Shown: positions 44,848-54,317 of the stretch, one piece after another
Numbering within the stretch: the first letter of the stretch is position 1
Layout of the letters: every line of letters begins with the position of its first letter
Origin: Planctomycetota bacterium
Lineage (GTDB): Bacteria > Planctomycetota > UBA11346
Direction: 5' to 3'
DNA: 64,000 bases
Assembly (NCBI GenBank): GCA_028280785.1
Contig: JANQLF010000212.1
Coordinates: 93,444-157,443 of the forward strand
The notes under the pieces: model-generated
Seen by the model: only the letters and a program-made list of their open reading frames with translations
The model's database searches: none
Told to the model about the DNA's origin: nothing
Position numbers and translations under genes: made by a program

Positions 44848-45504
44848 CTATTCGTGCTCCTTAAGAAATGCCATCAGCACATCGTGCAGTGGCGTTTTGC
44901 GTTCGTCCATCTCTTCAAGCGGCACGTCTTCACCACGCATGCGGCAGCTGACCATGTGCATGCAACGATGAATTTCATCGATGTGCCAAGAATTTTCTAA
45001 CTCAGCGCTTTCTTTTTTAAACTCTAATTCGTTAACCCGATAAATTAAATCGGTGAGTCGCTGATTGCGATGCTGGTATTGCTGACTCGTCATGTGTATC
45101 AATAAGAACATCATTTGCCTTAAGGTGACAATGTCTGGTTGTGCTCCAGGTGGTAATTTATCTAAACGATTTTGTACACTGTGACCGTAATCAACAAACT
45201 CGGCCTCTTCAAAGTCGTGCTCATCTTTTCTGAAGCATTCAAAAAACGTCGCCCACATCTCCATCACTAATTGGGCTAGAATTGGATCAGCAACACGTTG
45301 ATTTAATTCGTGTATGCGCTCGGAGCGTTTGGCTGGAGCATCAAACATCATCTGGCTATCGATACGCTTCTGCTTGCGATAGACACCAGTCATACTCTGT
45401 TCGTCTGCTACTTCGCCTACCTCAAAATCATCAGGTGTGATACTGATGTTATGCTTCTTATTCCAATTTTTTACCTTGCTTAATAATTCTCGATGCGCAG
45501 TCAT
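44848..45504 (-). CDS. cytoplasmic protein of unknown function
   Basis: 218-aa ORF with no signal peptide, no TM segment and no motif recognised. It sits between convergent and co-directional neighbours with short spacers. Confidence 0.5.
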   Translation of the reverse strand: MTAHRELLSKVKNWNKKHNISITPDDFEVGEVADEQSMTGVYRKQKRIDSQMMFDAPAKRSERIHELNQRVADPILAQLVMEMWATFFECFRKDEHDFEEAEFVDYGHSVQNRLDKLPPGAQPDIVTLRQMMFLLIHMTSQQYQHRNQRLTDLIYRVNELEFKKESAELENSWHIDEIHRCMHMVSCRMRGEDVPLEEMDERKTPLHDVLMAFLKEHE

Positions 45505-45643
45505 GGCTTATACCTCCTTATTAAAAAGGCACTGATGTTTCTCTGCCCTTGAACGCAGTCAGTATACGCCACTTAGCTTTGCTATCTTGTTTTTTCTCAG
45601 AGGATGAAGGCTTTATGCATTATAGGTATGCATATGTATGAGT

Positions 45644-47524
45644 TTAACGCTCGTAGCCTTCCCAATACCCGATTTGCATTTCATCCCAAGTTTGCTCACC
45701 ATGACGAACGATGGCCGTCGGATCTGGATTAGCTGGATTTGAGGCAGAATTATTAAATACACCTGTCGTTCGCAGAATACTGCCGGGCATCACACGAATT
45801 GGTTCAGCTAATTGATAACGCAATTGCCAGTTAAAATCATAATCAGGAATATGCAGTATCGTTTCTACAGATTTATCTGGCTTAATAAGTTCGTAGGTAT
45901 AGCCACTCCCGCGCACATGCATGTGTGGCATAAAAGCCGTGAAAATGGTTTCGCGACGGATACGACGCTGAGCGATAACTTTATGTGCTTCGGCATGTGG
46001 CGGAATTTGAAAACGAACATTAGCAGCACTACGCGTTACCATGACATGTTTTGGTGGCTCTTTGGCAAAACGAAATCCAATTTGGGTTTGGTCTATCATT
46101 TCAGTGCCATTCGTCGTATAGTGCATTTGAAAACGCAGGATCGCCCCAGCTGGTAATTTTTTTGCAAAGCCAGGTGCATAGGTCAGTGCATCCTGACCAG
46201 GCACCATACCCGCAAAAAACCCCTGAATGCCGCCCTGACGCTGTCCATCCACCGACGCAAAGACCAGAACGTGGTGTACGACTTCCGGTGCAGTTGGTTT
46301 AATTTGATAGGCCTCAATCCAACGGTCTTCCTTCAACGGATTTCTGACTGCTAAATTCACATAAGGAATCGTACCTTCGGCTTGAACCGTCACCTTGCGC
46401 GGCAATTGGAGAATTAAATCGGGCTTACCGATCTTCCAATTTTTTGCTGGCGTTTGCATGGTAATGCCATCATTAGGATTGCCTTCTGGACAACCTGCAT
46501 CGATCCAGGCCAATAAATCTTTTTTATCGTCGGCATTAAGGCGACGATCATTCGACCATGTCTGATGTTTTGGATCGGCAAACCACGGTGGCATTAAATC
46601 CATATCCACGATATCGGAGATCATCCCCTTACGCCGACCACTTACTTGTTTATAGGTTTCCAAGGCAAACGGCCCGGCTCCACCTTGATGATGGCACTCT
46701 ACGCAGTTGCGCTGCATGATGCGACTAATGCGGTTATGCCAAGTTATGGCACCTTGCTTTTTATTTGGGCGTAAATCCAAGCTGCATCCTGGTGCCGCTG
46801 TGGCAACAATAGCTGGCTCGCGATTATCAATAACTGCTTCGACAGCATCGCGTAAAAAATTAAATTGCGCCTTATCTTTAGTAAATCCAATGCCGTATTG
46901 GTCATCAATGGCACCACGATAGCGCAAAGTCATGGTCTTATCTAAAACGAAAACTTCAGTCGTTGTCTTAGCTTGAAACGTTTGACAGAGCCTTGCGTTT
47001 TTATCGTGTATATAATGCCCTACAAAATTATGCTTTTTCTTATCTTGTAATCCGCAATTCCGTTCATCACCAATGTGCAAATAAATAACAAAGGCTCCCT
47101 TAGCTGCCATTTGTTGCGTTACCCGCGCAAGTGCTGGTGCGACCTTGGCAGCAACCGGACAATCAGGATCACGCAAAGCCACAATAACTGCTTTGGCGTT
47201 TTCAGAAATGACAACGCTTTTGCCATTGATGTCCTTGAGGCTGCCCAAATCCATACGTCGTCCAAGCAATGCTGCTTGGTTTGCTGGAATGACAGTTGGA
47301 GCCATGGTTAATGGCGGAGCATCCGGTTCTGTCAAACCTAATTCAGTGCGCGTAATAACACCGTCTTTGTTGCGATCTAATAATTTAAAAATACGTGGCA
47401 GCTTCAGCTCTTGCTGAGTAACCTTGCCATCTGCATTTAAATCATGTTTAACAAATTGTTCTTCCGTAACCTCTGCTGCGGAAAGCAACACCAAACAAAG
47501 AGTAAACAACGAGAGAATACGCAT
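45644..47524 (-). CDS. secreted composite redox protein: EF-hand pair + thioredoxin-like domain + CxxCH cytochrome c motif + PHM/DBH-like copper monooxygenase domain
   Basis: Signal peptide MRILSLFTLCLVLLSAAEV. EF-hand loops DLNADGKVTQQE and DRNKDGVITRTE. Redoxin-like region with a single Cys (RDPDCPVAAK). CVECH at nt 46691-46705. Candidate Cu ligands H417/H418 (EVVHHVLVF), H468 (FQMHYT), H534/H536 (PHMHVRG) and M616 (WDEMQIGY). Confidence 0.75.
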   Translation of the reverse strand: MRILSLFTLCLVLLSAAEVTEEQFVKHDLNADGKVTQQELKLPRIFKLLDRNKDGVITRTELGLTEPDAPPLTMAPTVIPANQAALLGRRMDLGSLKDINGKSVVISENAKAVIVALRDPDCPVAAKVAPALARVTQQMAAKGAFVIYLHIGDERNCGLQDKKKHNFVGHYIHDKNARLCQTFQAKTTTEVFVLDKTMTLRYRGAIDDQYGIGFTKDKAQFNFLRDAVEAVIDNREPAIVATAAPGCSLDLRPNKKQGAITWHNRISRIMQRNCVECHHQGGAGPFALETYKQVSGRRKGMISDIVDMDLMPPWFADPKHQTWSNDRRLNADDKKDLLAWIDAGCPEGNPNDGITMQTPAKNWKIGKPDLILQLPRKVTVQAEGTIPYVNLAVRNPLKEDRWIEAYQIKPTAPEVVHHVLVFASVDGQRQGGIQGFFAGMVPGQDALTYAPGFAKKLPAGAILRFQMHYTTNGTEMIDQTQIGFRFAKEPPKHVMVTRSAANVRFQIPPHAEAHKVIAQRRIRRETIFTAFMPHMHVRGSGYTYELIKPDKSVETILHIPDYDFNWQLRYQLAEPIRVMPGSILRTTGVFNNSASNPANPDPTAIVRHGEQTWDEMQIGYWEGYER

Positions 47525-47647
47525 GGAAAAATACTATCCTTAAGCAGTCAATAAAATTGTAGTATTAGCCCACAAAATTAAGGTCATAAATAAGCAATCA
47601 ATGGTATAAACCTTAGAAACACACTCTTTTACGGATATAGTCCTATC

Positions 47648-48412
47648 ATGCATCAACTCTTAGAAAAACTCTGTAACCACGATGGTCTATCGGTGTTGTG
47701 GTTAGGCAATAATAGTTGGCTTTTCCATCATGATGGTTTACTCGTCGCTAATGACATTGATTTAGCCTCTGACTACCGCATCAACCCCTCGCCCATTAGT
47801 GCCCTGGAACTTGCCCCACACATCGATGTTCATTTTATGGGCCATAGTCATGGCGATCATTTTAATCATGACATGAACCTTATTTTTCAAGAACACGGCC
47901 ATTGCACGTTTGTCATTCCGAGCAACTGCGAGCAGACAGCCATAGAATGGGGACTCAGTCCTGAACGCCTCCATGTATGCAAACCAGAAGACCGATTTGA
48001 AATCAAAGGGATTAAAACGCAGGCTATTCGCGCACTGCATGGTGGTAAAGACTTTGCCGTTTATGAATTTGCGAATTTAGAGGACTGCGGTTTTTTGTGG
48101 GAAATCAATGATCTGCGAATCTTACAACCTGGCGACACCGTGCTCCTTACTCAGCACCTCCATTTAGAACATGTCGATGTGCTGTTTGTCTCGCCGACTG
48201 AACACAATATGCACATTCAGCAATCTCAAATTCTTATCGATCGCTTGTCTCCTTCTTATATTTTTCCGCAGCACCATAGTACCAATGTTGTGAATGAGCA
48301 GACCTATTTCTGGACCAAAGGCTATCAGGATGAATTGTTTGCAGTGCTGAAACCTGAGCAGCAACAACGGTTTAAGAAGCTGTCTATCGGTGACATACAT
48401 CGCATACACTAG
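47648..48412 (+). CDS. metallo-beta-lactamase-fold hydrolase
   Basis: HxHxDH motif in HFMGHSHGDHF, with later His/Asp residues in MBL-like spacing. No signal peptide. Confidence 0.75.
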   Translation: MHQLLEKLCNHDGLSVLWLGNNSWLFHHDGLLVANDIDLASDYRINPSPISALELAPHIDVHFMGHSHGDHFNHDMNLIFQEHGHCTFVIPSNCEQTAIEWGLSPERLHVCKPEDRFEIKGIKTQAIRALHGGKDFAVYEFANLEDCGFLWEINDLRILQPGDTVLLTQHLHLEHVDVLFVSPTEHNMHIQQSQILIDRLSPSYIFPQHHSTNVVNEQTYFWTKGYQDELFAVLKPEQQQRFKKLSIGDIHRIH

Positions 48413-48522
48413 TTCCTAGTCACCCGCTTTGCCCGTCACACTGTTAGTGATTTGCACGCTTATATTTTGTTGGCTGTCTAACATCTGTGATAGATTTTGC
48501 AGCCTTTTGACGGGAGCCTTAA

Positions 48523-51102
48523 ATGACGCAATTTTCTGTTCATAATTGTCGAACACTGCCAGCTAAACATCTTGTATTGATCATATGTCTGATGTTTTCG
48601 ACGCCTGGATTCGCTGCTGACCAAGTTGTCCCGGGAGACATCCCCATCCTGATCAGGCCGGAGGCTAAACTCCTGAATCAAGAAAGCCTCCAAGCAGCGA
48701 TGCAGGAATCGGTCCAATCCGGGGTCCTGTTGATCCTAGAAGAAATGATGGCACCCGGAAATGAAACCCGCCTTGCCTACCGCGAACACGCTGCGATTAA
48801 AAAGATTGGCGAAAAAATTGTTGAGCGACGTTATCGCAAAGAAAAACGACCTATTTATGAAACGAAAAAAGTTGAACGTCTCGTGCCGAAGCGTGATGAC
48901 TATGGTGGCATCATCGGCTACGAGAAAAAATGGGTCGAAGTTCGCGCCAGCGATAAAATTGTTGGACATCGTGATATATTAGTTGGCGATGCTGAGGGCG
49001 ATATCGTTAGAAAGATTACCGTGCCAATCTTAGACCGCAGCAATAAAATGTTACCACGTGGCTGGTATGGTATGAACGCACAAGCAATTGTTTTATTAAC
49101 ACGCTGTGGTCTCGGTAATAATGGCGAAACACGCAAGATGGCTCGCGAACTCGAACGCCTGATGAATATGTTTGGTATTCCTGATAATACCTGGGATCAG
49201 TCGTGGTTAGCCATAGCCTGGATGGAATTAGCACAGTTAGATGACAACTTCGCGCCACGTCGCGATGCTATTATCGGTCGCATCATTGATGGTGCTTTAA
49301 CCAATGCTTCGAAAAAGAATCCTGGCAAAGGTATGTGGGGACCTGTCTCCATTCATCACGGTGCTAATGTAAAATTATTTTTAATTGAATTACAATTACA
49401 GACCTTATTTCAGGAAACTGAAGCAGCATTAGAAGCAGCTGATAAACGTAAAAAGAAAAAACTGCAAGAGGAATTCCGAAAGGTAACGACTGCACTCGGC
49501 GAGGTAAAACGCGCTACGCGCACAATTTCTCAACAGGGTAAACGACTCAGTGAAGTTGAGCGCCCTTGGAAAATGAATGAGACCATCAAAACCGGTGGGC
49601 ACTCCTACTATATTTATAACCGCGATATCACCGACATCGATTCAACAGCCATTGTCACCATGGTGCTCAATGAAGCTAAGAAACGTGGCTGTCTGCCTGA
49701 AATTACACCCCGTGATAAAGTACAGGGAAAAACTTTAGTTCGTGGTATAAAAAGCGAAGACGTTATTGAAGACTGTTATAATGCCTTGTTCGAATTAATT
49801 GGCGAAGGCGGTAACTTTCACACCTGCGGCAACCTCTATGCCGTCAACGCCTATGATAAAGTACCAAACCTAGCCGGTGTACCGTTAACTACTAAATTAC
49901 AGCAATTGCTCCATCCAGAAACATGGCGCTCAAATGCCGCTGGTTTTGCAGCCATTCAATTTCTCGATCCCCTCATCAGCGATCGGACCAAAGGCCGTAT
50001 TCGTGACCGTGACGAACTCGTTGCTAAAAGCCGCGCCCGTGTTCTAGAAATTATCAAAGCGTATTTAGTACGTGACCCCCATTTCAAAGAGTGGGCAGGA
50101 CCGCATAAAGATGAGACCGACTCGCTGAAGGATTTAAGCGCTAATGGTGGATGGCCGAAACAACCGAAGAAGAAAAAGAAGGCCCCCACCCCGGACATTA
50201 ATAGTTTAAGCGTCGGTTACTCTCGTACACCACGCAGCATGCTCGAAAGCCTGATGGTTCTATTCCGTCAAAAAGAAGATTCGGCAGTAAAAGACAGCAT
50301 TAATAGTCTCGCCTATCGCCTACTCATTGAGCAACAAGATGACGGTTCGTGGATGCCGCAATGTTCTATTCGTATTTCCCCTCCTGGTTTAAGTTCTGGA
50401 GAATGGGCGTTTTTAATCAGTAAATTAGCCCGACGTCATTTATGGCAAGCCGAAGATGACAAGAAAAAGAAACCGGAAGATCCATTGACTGAAGCCTTTA
50501 CACGTGAGGGACCTTACATTTTCCGCCACAGTAAAAAATTACGTAAATATCCCCACATCAATAATATTGCGTTTCGGGGTGAAGGTAACGAACCACATCG
50601 CCATGGTTACAGCAGCTCAGATTATTATTCGACCGATACGCGCATGAGCGAAACACTTGCTGCGCTCATGTATTTAAGTGCCGGTTTAGATAAGCACCCT
50701 GCAGTTGACAAAAATTTAATATTTGAATTGATTAAGCGCGGACAAGAAGCGCAAGTCGCCTATGAAACCGTCCTCCAAGAAGCACAGGACAAAGAGGTAA
50801 CTGAGGAATATACCGAAAAACAAAAAGCAAAAGATGTTAAGGCCATTGAAAAAGAAGGTCCACAAGTGGAGCCTTTAGCTAAGGGTCACCGCGCTGCACT
50901 ACACGAGGTCTGGAAGCATATTCTTATCGGCAACGGCATGGATGACCGATTGGGTGTGCTTGAACCCGAAGAGGAAGAAACAGAAGAAAAAGCTGAAGAC
51001 GCGGAGGGCGAGGACGCAGAGAAAAAAGATGGCGATAAGGAAGAGGAAAAAGAAGACAGCGTCGACAGCAAACTTGATGATATCCTTGGTGGTGAGGATT
51101 AA
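48523..51102 (+). CDS. large secreted protein of unknown function (possible alpha/alpha-toroid, prenyltransferase-like repeats) with a poly-acidic C-terminal tail
   Basis: Signal peptide ...LVLIICLMFSTPGFAA and GGGAG upstream of the ATG. Scattered W/DGSW-type segments (WDQSWLAIAWMEL, GMWGPVS, QQDDGSWMPQ). A KKKKK patch. The last 50 or so residues are almost entirely E/D/K. Confidence 0.5.
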   Translation: MTQFSVHNCRTLPAKHLVLIICLMFSTPGFAADQVVPGDIPILIRPEAKLLNQESLQAAMQESVQSGVLLILEEMMAPGNETRLAYREHAAIKKIGEKIVERRYRKEKRPIYETKKVERLVPKRDDYGGIIGYEKKWVEVRASDKIVGHRDILVGDAEGDIVRKITVPILDRSNKMLPRGWYGMNAQAIVLLTRCGLGNNGETRKMARELERLMNMFGIPDNTWDQSWLAIAWMELAQLDDNFAPRRDAIIGRIIDGALTNASKKNPGKGMWGPVSIHHGANVKLFLIELQLQTLFQETEAALEAADKRKKKKLQEEFRKVTTALGEVKRATRTISQQGKRLSEVERPWKMNETIKTGGHSYYIYNRDITDIDSTAIVTMVLNEAKKRGCLPEITPRDKVQGKTLVRGIKSEDVIEDCYNALFELIGEGGNFHTCGNLYAVNAYDKVPNLAGVPLTTKLQQLLHPETWRSNAAGFAAIQFLDPLISDRTKGRIRDRDELVAKSRARVLEIIKAYLVRDPHFKEWAGPHKDETDSLKDLSANGGWPKQPKKKKKAPTPDINSLSVGYSRTPRSMLESLMVLFRQKEDSAVKDSINSLAYRLLIEQQDDGSWMPQCSIRISPPGLSSGEWAFLISKLARRHLWQAEDDKKKKPEDPLTEAFTREGPYIFRHSKKLRKYPHINNIAFRGEGNEPHRHGYSSSDYYSTDTRMSETLAALMYLSAGLDKHPAVDKNLIFELIKRGQEAQVAYETVLQEAQDKEVTEEYTEKQKAKDVKAIEKEGPQVEPLAKGHRAALHEVWKHILIGNGMDDRLGVLEPEEEETEEKAEDAEGEDAEKKDGDKEEEKEDSVDSKLDDILGGED

Positions 51103-51893
51103 TCCACCAAGGAGCCATGTTGATGTCGTGCCACCGTCTCGGCGTGCTCACTGCCTAACATAATGGGCAAGCGGTAATTGCCTGCATCTAAGCGCATGAA
51201 TTCTGAAGATTCACCGCTTATTTGCACACCGGTTTCTGGGTAAATATTTCCATCCATCTGATAAGCGTCAGCAGCACGGTAACTATAAACCAAAGCTCGT
51301 CGTGGTGAACCTGATCTATTAACGGGCGAGCCATGCATGCACAAGCCATGATGAATACTGACATCACCTGACTGCATTTCTAAAGCCACCTCATCATGTT
51401 TATTCCAGGTATTTTTTTCCATACAGCATCCAGCAAAGACCCCCTCATGATGATGATTTAATAATCCCCATTTATGACTACCCGGCACCACATACAGACA
51501 TCCATTTTCTGGCGTACACGCATCGAGGGCAATAAAGACCGCACACACATCTAAATTGGTATGTGGGTAATAAGCAAAATCTTGATGCATACCAAAGGCA
51601 CCCGTATCTGGAGTCTGTGGTTTCACGGCTAATTTACTGTGCTGCAATTGAATATTTAAACCGATGCACTGCTGTAATTTTTCAACGATGAGTGGATGGC
51701 GAGCCAGTTTTGCGAAATGATTACTCGATGTATACAAATTTAAATGATGACGCGTCGCTTCTTTAGGTTGTTCGTAAAGTCTATCCACTTCATTTCGCAA
51801 GGTCTGTACTTCCGTATCGTTCAATAGCGATGGGAGCACCGCATAACCTTGATCTTGGTATTCCTCGGTTATCGACTGTTCTAGCAACATCAT
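51099..51893 (-). CDS. PhyH-family Fe(II)/2-oxoglutarate dioxygenase
   Basis: HxD in GMHQDFAYYPH. Distal His and Arg in DVSIHHGLCMHGSPVNRSGSPRRALVYSY. Confidence 0.8.
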   Translation of the reverse strand: MMLLEQSITEEYQDQGYAVLPSLLNDTEVQTLRNEVDRLYEQPKEATRHHLNLYTSSNHFAKLARHPLIVEKLQQCIGLNIQLQHSKLAVKPQTPDTGAFGMHQDFAYYPHTNLDVCAVFIALDACTPENGCLYVVPGSHKWGLLNHHHEGVFAGCCMEKNTWNKHDEVALEMQSGDVSIHHGLCMHGSPVNRSGSPRRALVYSYRAADAYQMDGNIYPETGVQISGESSEFMRLDAGNYRLPIMLGSEHAETVARHQHGSLVD

Positions 51894-51973
51894 CTTCTCC
51901 TATGGATAAAACGTTACTATAATGGTACAATTTATTGTTTACCATAGATAGAATATCTATATATATGGACTAA

Positions 51974-52717
51974 ATGACTATTTCGGCCAAGTTGCAGCAC
52001 ATAGGCGCATACAACAATGACAGTGGCACCGACCTACACCAACACCCCGGTTGTGAATTAGTAGTTGTCGCCAGTGGGCGTTGTCAGATATCGATTCCTG
52101 AGCGTGATTGGTCAGCCATGGGAGTAAGTGGAAGCCTATTTATTTTACCAGGACGTGAGCCACATATTCAGAAGGACTTCGGTCAATGCCGCACAGCGTA
52201 TTTAAGTTCTGCTGATATCGGATCTTTTTTTGCAACGCATGCAGACTGCATTGGACTCGGAGCAGATAGTGATCGCATCCTCGCTTGGTTTGAAGATTGT
52301 CATGCACTATTTCTTGAGAACGATCCAGCTGCGCAAAGTTTATTTCATTGTATTTGCCAACGCATTGCACGAATACGCGGCGATAATGAAAAACTCGAAT
52401 CCTACCACCCCGCCCTCAAAAATGCGATTGCCTATATTCATGCGCATCCACATCAAAATGTTGATAACAAGCAATTAGCACAGCACGTTGGTGTGAGCCC
52501 TAGTTATTTACTCGCCTTATTTCGCAAAACGTTTAATTGTGGACCACGTGCATGGCAAATACAACAACGCATACAACAAGCCAAACAATTATTAAGCGAT
52601 CCCTACCTCAGCATTGATGAAATAGCCCAGCGCTGTGGTTATGAGGATGCCCTATATTTTTCCCGCCAATTCAAAAAGAATGAAGGTCTAGCGCCATCAC
52701 AATGGCGTAAGCAGTGA
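51974..52717 (+). CDS. AraC-family transcriptional regulator (cupin-like N-domain)
   Basis: C-terminal HTH pair ...LAQHVGVSPSYLLALFRKTFNCGPRAWQIQQRIQQAKQLLSDPYLSIDEIAQRCGYEDALYFSRQFKKNEGLAPSQWR. It is divergent from the PhyH gene across an 80-nt spacer. Confidence 0.9.
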   Translation: MTISAKLQHIGAYNNDSGTDLHQHPGCELVVVASGRCQISIPERDWSAMGVSGSLFILPGREPHIQKDFGQCRTAYLSSADIGSFFATHADCIGLGADSDRILAWFEDCHALFLENDPAAQSLFHCICQRIARIRGDNEKLESYHPALKNAIAYIHAHPHQNVDNKQLAQHVGVSPSYLLALFRKTFNCGPRAWQIQQRIQQAKQLLSDPYLSIDEIAQRCGYEDALYFSRQFKKNEGLAPSQWRKQ

Positions 52718-54079
52718 TTATTTTTCGTCGGATTCTTCGATTAAGCCTAAAACACGCTTGATTTCATCAAACATCATCTGCTTGCCGGCAAGTGATGGAT
52801 ACACGTTACCAACACTCTCACCGCTAAACTCTTTTCCAAAAATAGTCACTTTATTCTTTTTATGGATTTGCTCGCATAGCGCAAATAAATCGATCACTTC
52901 GACATTATATTTATTAGCATACTTATTTACCAATTCTGATGTGTGTTTACAACGCTCATAGCGCGTTCCCTTACTCAAAGCCTTCTCACCATCCTCAACA
53001 CCCCATAAGTGAGTCATGACATAAATAGGAAAGTCTTGCTGAGCAAAAGCCTTCATCATTTCCTCAACATAATCATCAAGTCGTGAGGTATCAGTTACGG
53101 TTTTGCGCGTACCATAGCCAAACAATGGGTACACAAACGCCACCGTTGGCTTGTGATCGGTTAATGATTTCACCGCGTAGGCTTCTGGATATTCCTTATA
53201 AGCACCAAGAACACAATTAGGTCCATTGACACCAGGCCTATTAAATCCTGCAGGGGCTTCTTTTGGTCCGGCAGCCTTGAGATCTTTTGCTAAACGATTT
53301 TCCATTAAATTGCCACCAGGAAACGAGAGAATCCAGGACTCCAAAGGTGCATGAATAACAATACGCTCGTCCCATTTAATTGGACGATTAATGCCGTTAC
53401 CACCGCTCAATCCGAGAGCACGCATAAATTTCGGTCGAATGAGTTCTTTGCCGTCTTTATCCCATTTATAGCCATCTTTGGTTAATTGATTTCTGCCTTT
53501 TTTCTTCGGTGGATTTGCTTTAAGCCACTGTTCTGCTGATTCATGAATATTGACTACAGCTACTTCATTGCTCTTTGCATAGGAAACGATCATACGCGCC
53601 AAGGCGTTAACGCGCATATGCTGTGGTTTGCTTAAATCCTCGCTACAAAGCCCAGGAGTAATGAGAACCAAGCGTGCGTTTGCTGCCTTTATTTTCTCAT
53701 GCACGGCAACTATATCCGACTCTATATCCTTGAGAACATGGCGCAGCAATTCTTTTTTCTTCGGATTATACATATGATAAAGACCAAAGGATAGAACTAC
53801 GATCTGTGGTTTCTTTTTAATAACATCTTTATCAAATGACGATAATATTGACTTAAATGTTCCGGATTTCTCGCTTTTAACCGTCCATTTTATTTTACGT
53901 TTCTTAAAATTACCCTTCAGCTCTTTGCCAACATCTTTTGCTATATCAGCAAACAACCCATCGTCATAAATAAAGACATGCTCGCCATCACCGATAGCTT
54001 CAACGGCACTAACAATCGGTGTCATGAAACAGACTGCCAAACTAAGGCATCCGAGGTAAAAATAATTCATTGTATACAC
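52718..54079 (-). CDS. secreted two-domain protein, SGNH/GDSL-hydrolase-like fold (tentative); paralog of 43513..44844
   Basis: Signal peptide (...YFYLGCLSLAVCFMTPIVSA). Blocks HVFIYDDGL / IVVLSFGLYHM / LVLITPG / LTKDGYKW align with the paralog. Confidence 0.5.
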   Translation of the reverse strand: MYTMNYFYLGCLSLAVCFMTPIVSAVEAIGDGEHVFIYDDGLFADIAKDVGKELKGNFKKRKIKWTVKSEKSGTFKSILSSFDKDVIKKKPQIVVLSFGLYHMYNPKKKELLRHVLKDIESDIVAVHEKIKAANARLVLITPGLCSEDLSKPQHMRVNALARMIVSYAKSNEVAVVNIHESAEQWLKANPPKKKGRNQLTKDGYKWDKDGKELIRPKFMRALGLSGGNGINRPIKWDERIVIHAPLESWILSFPGGNLMENRLAKDLKAAGPKEAPAGFNRPGVNGPNCVLGAYKEYPEAYAVKSLTDHKPTVAFVYPLFGYGTRKTVTDTSRLDDYVEEMMKAFAQQDFPIYVMTHLWGVEDGEKALSKGTRYERCKHTSELVNKYANKYNVEVIDLFALCEQIHKKNKVTIFGKEFSGESVGNVYPSLAGKQMMFDEIKRVLGLIEESDEK

Positions 54080-54317
54080 TCTCAGCTAAGGATCGGTGCA
54101 GGTCATACGCACACGGCGTATTCAATTCAAGTGATGCCTCAGTATTGGTGCACCATTTTCTCTGGGAACAGTGGAATATGCCACAGTACTGATCTATGCA
54201 CAATCACACCAAATCCGATTTTGAAATCTGCATATACTGTGATTACAACGAGTTAGACCATTTGCTCCAATTGCACCTCGATCGAGAGCATTAAGCTCGC
54301 ATAACGGAGAAGCCACT

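Noticed and set aside
52712-52725. Shared sequence TGATTATTTTT at two abutting convergent junctions (52715 and 59240), considered as a conserved bidirectional element
   Set aside because: It is explained by coding. Both plus-strand genes end in TGA, and both minus-strand genes end in ...(E/Q)K-stop (AAA TAA on the minus strand). It is too short to be meaningful.
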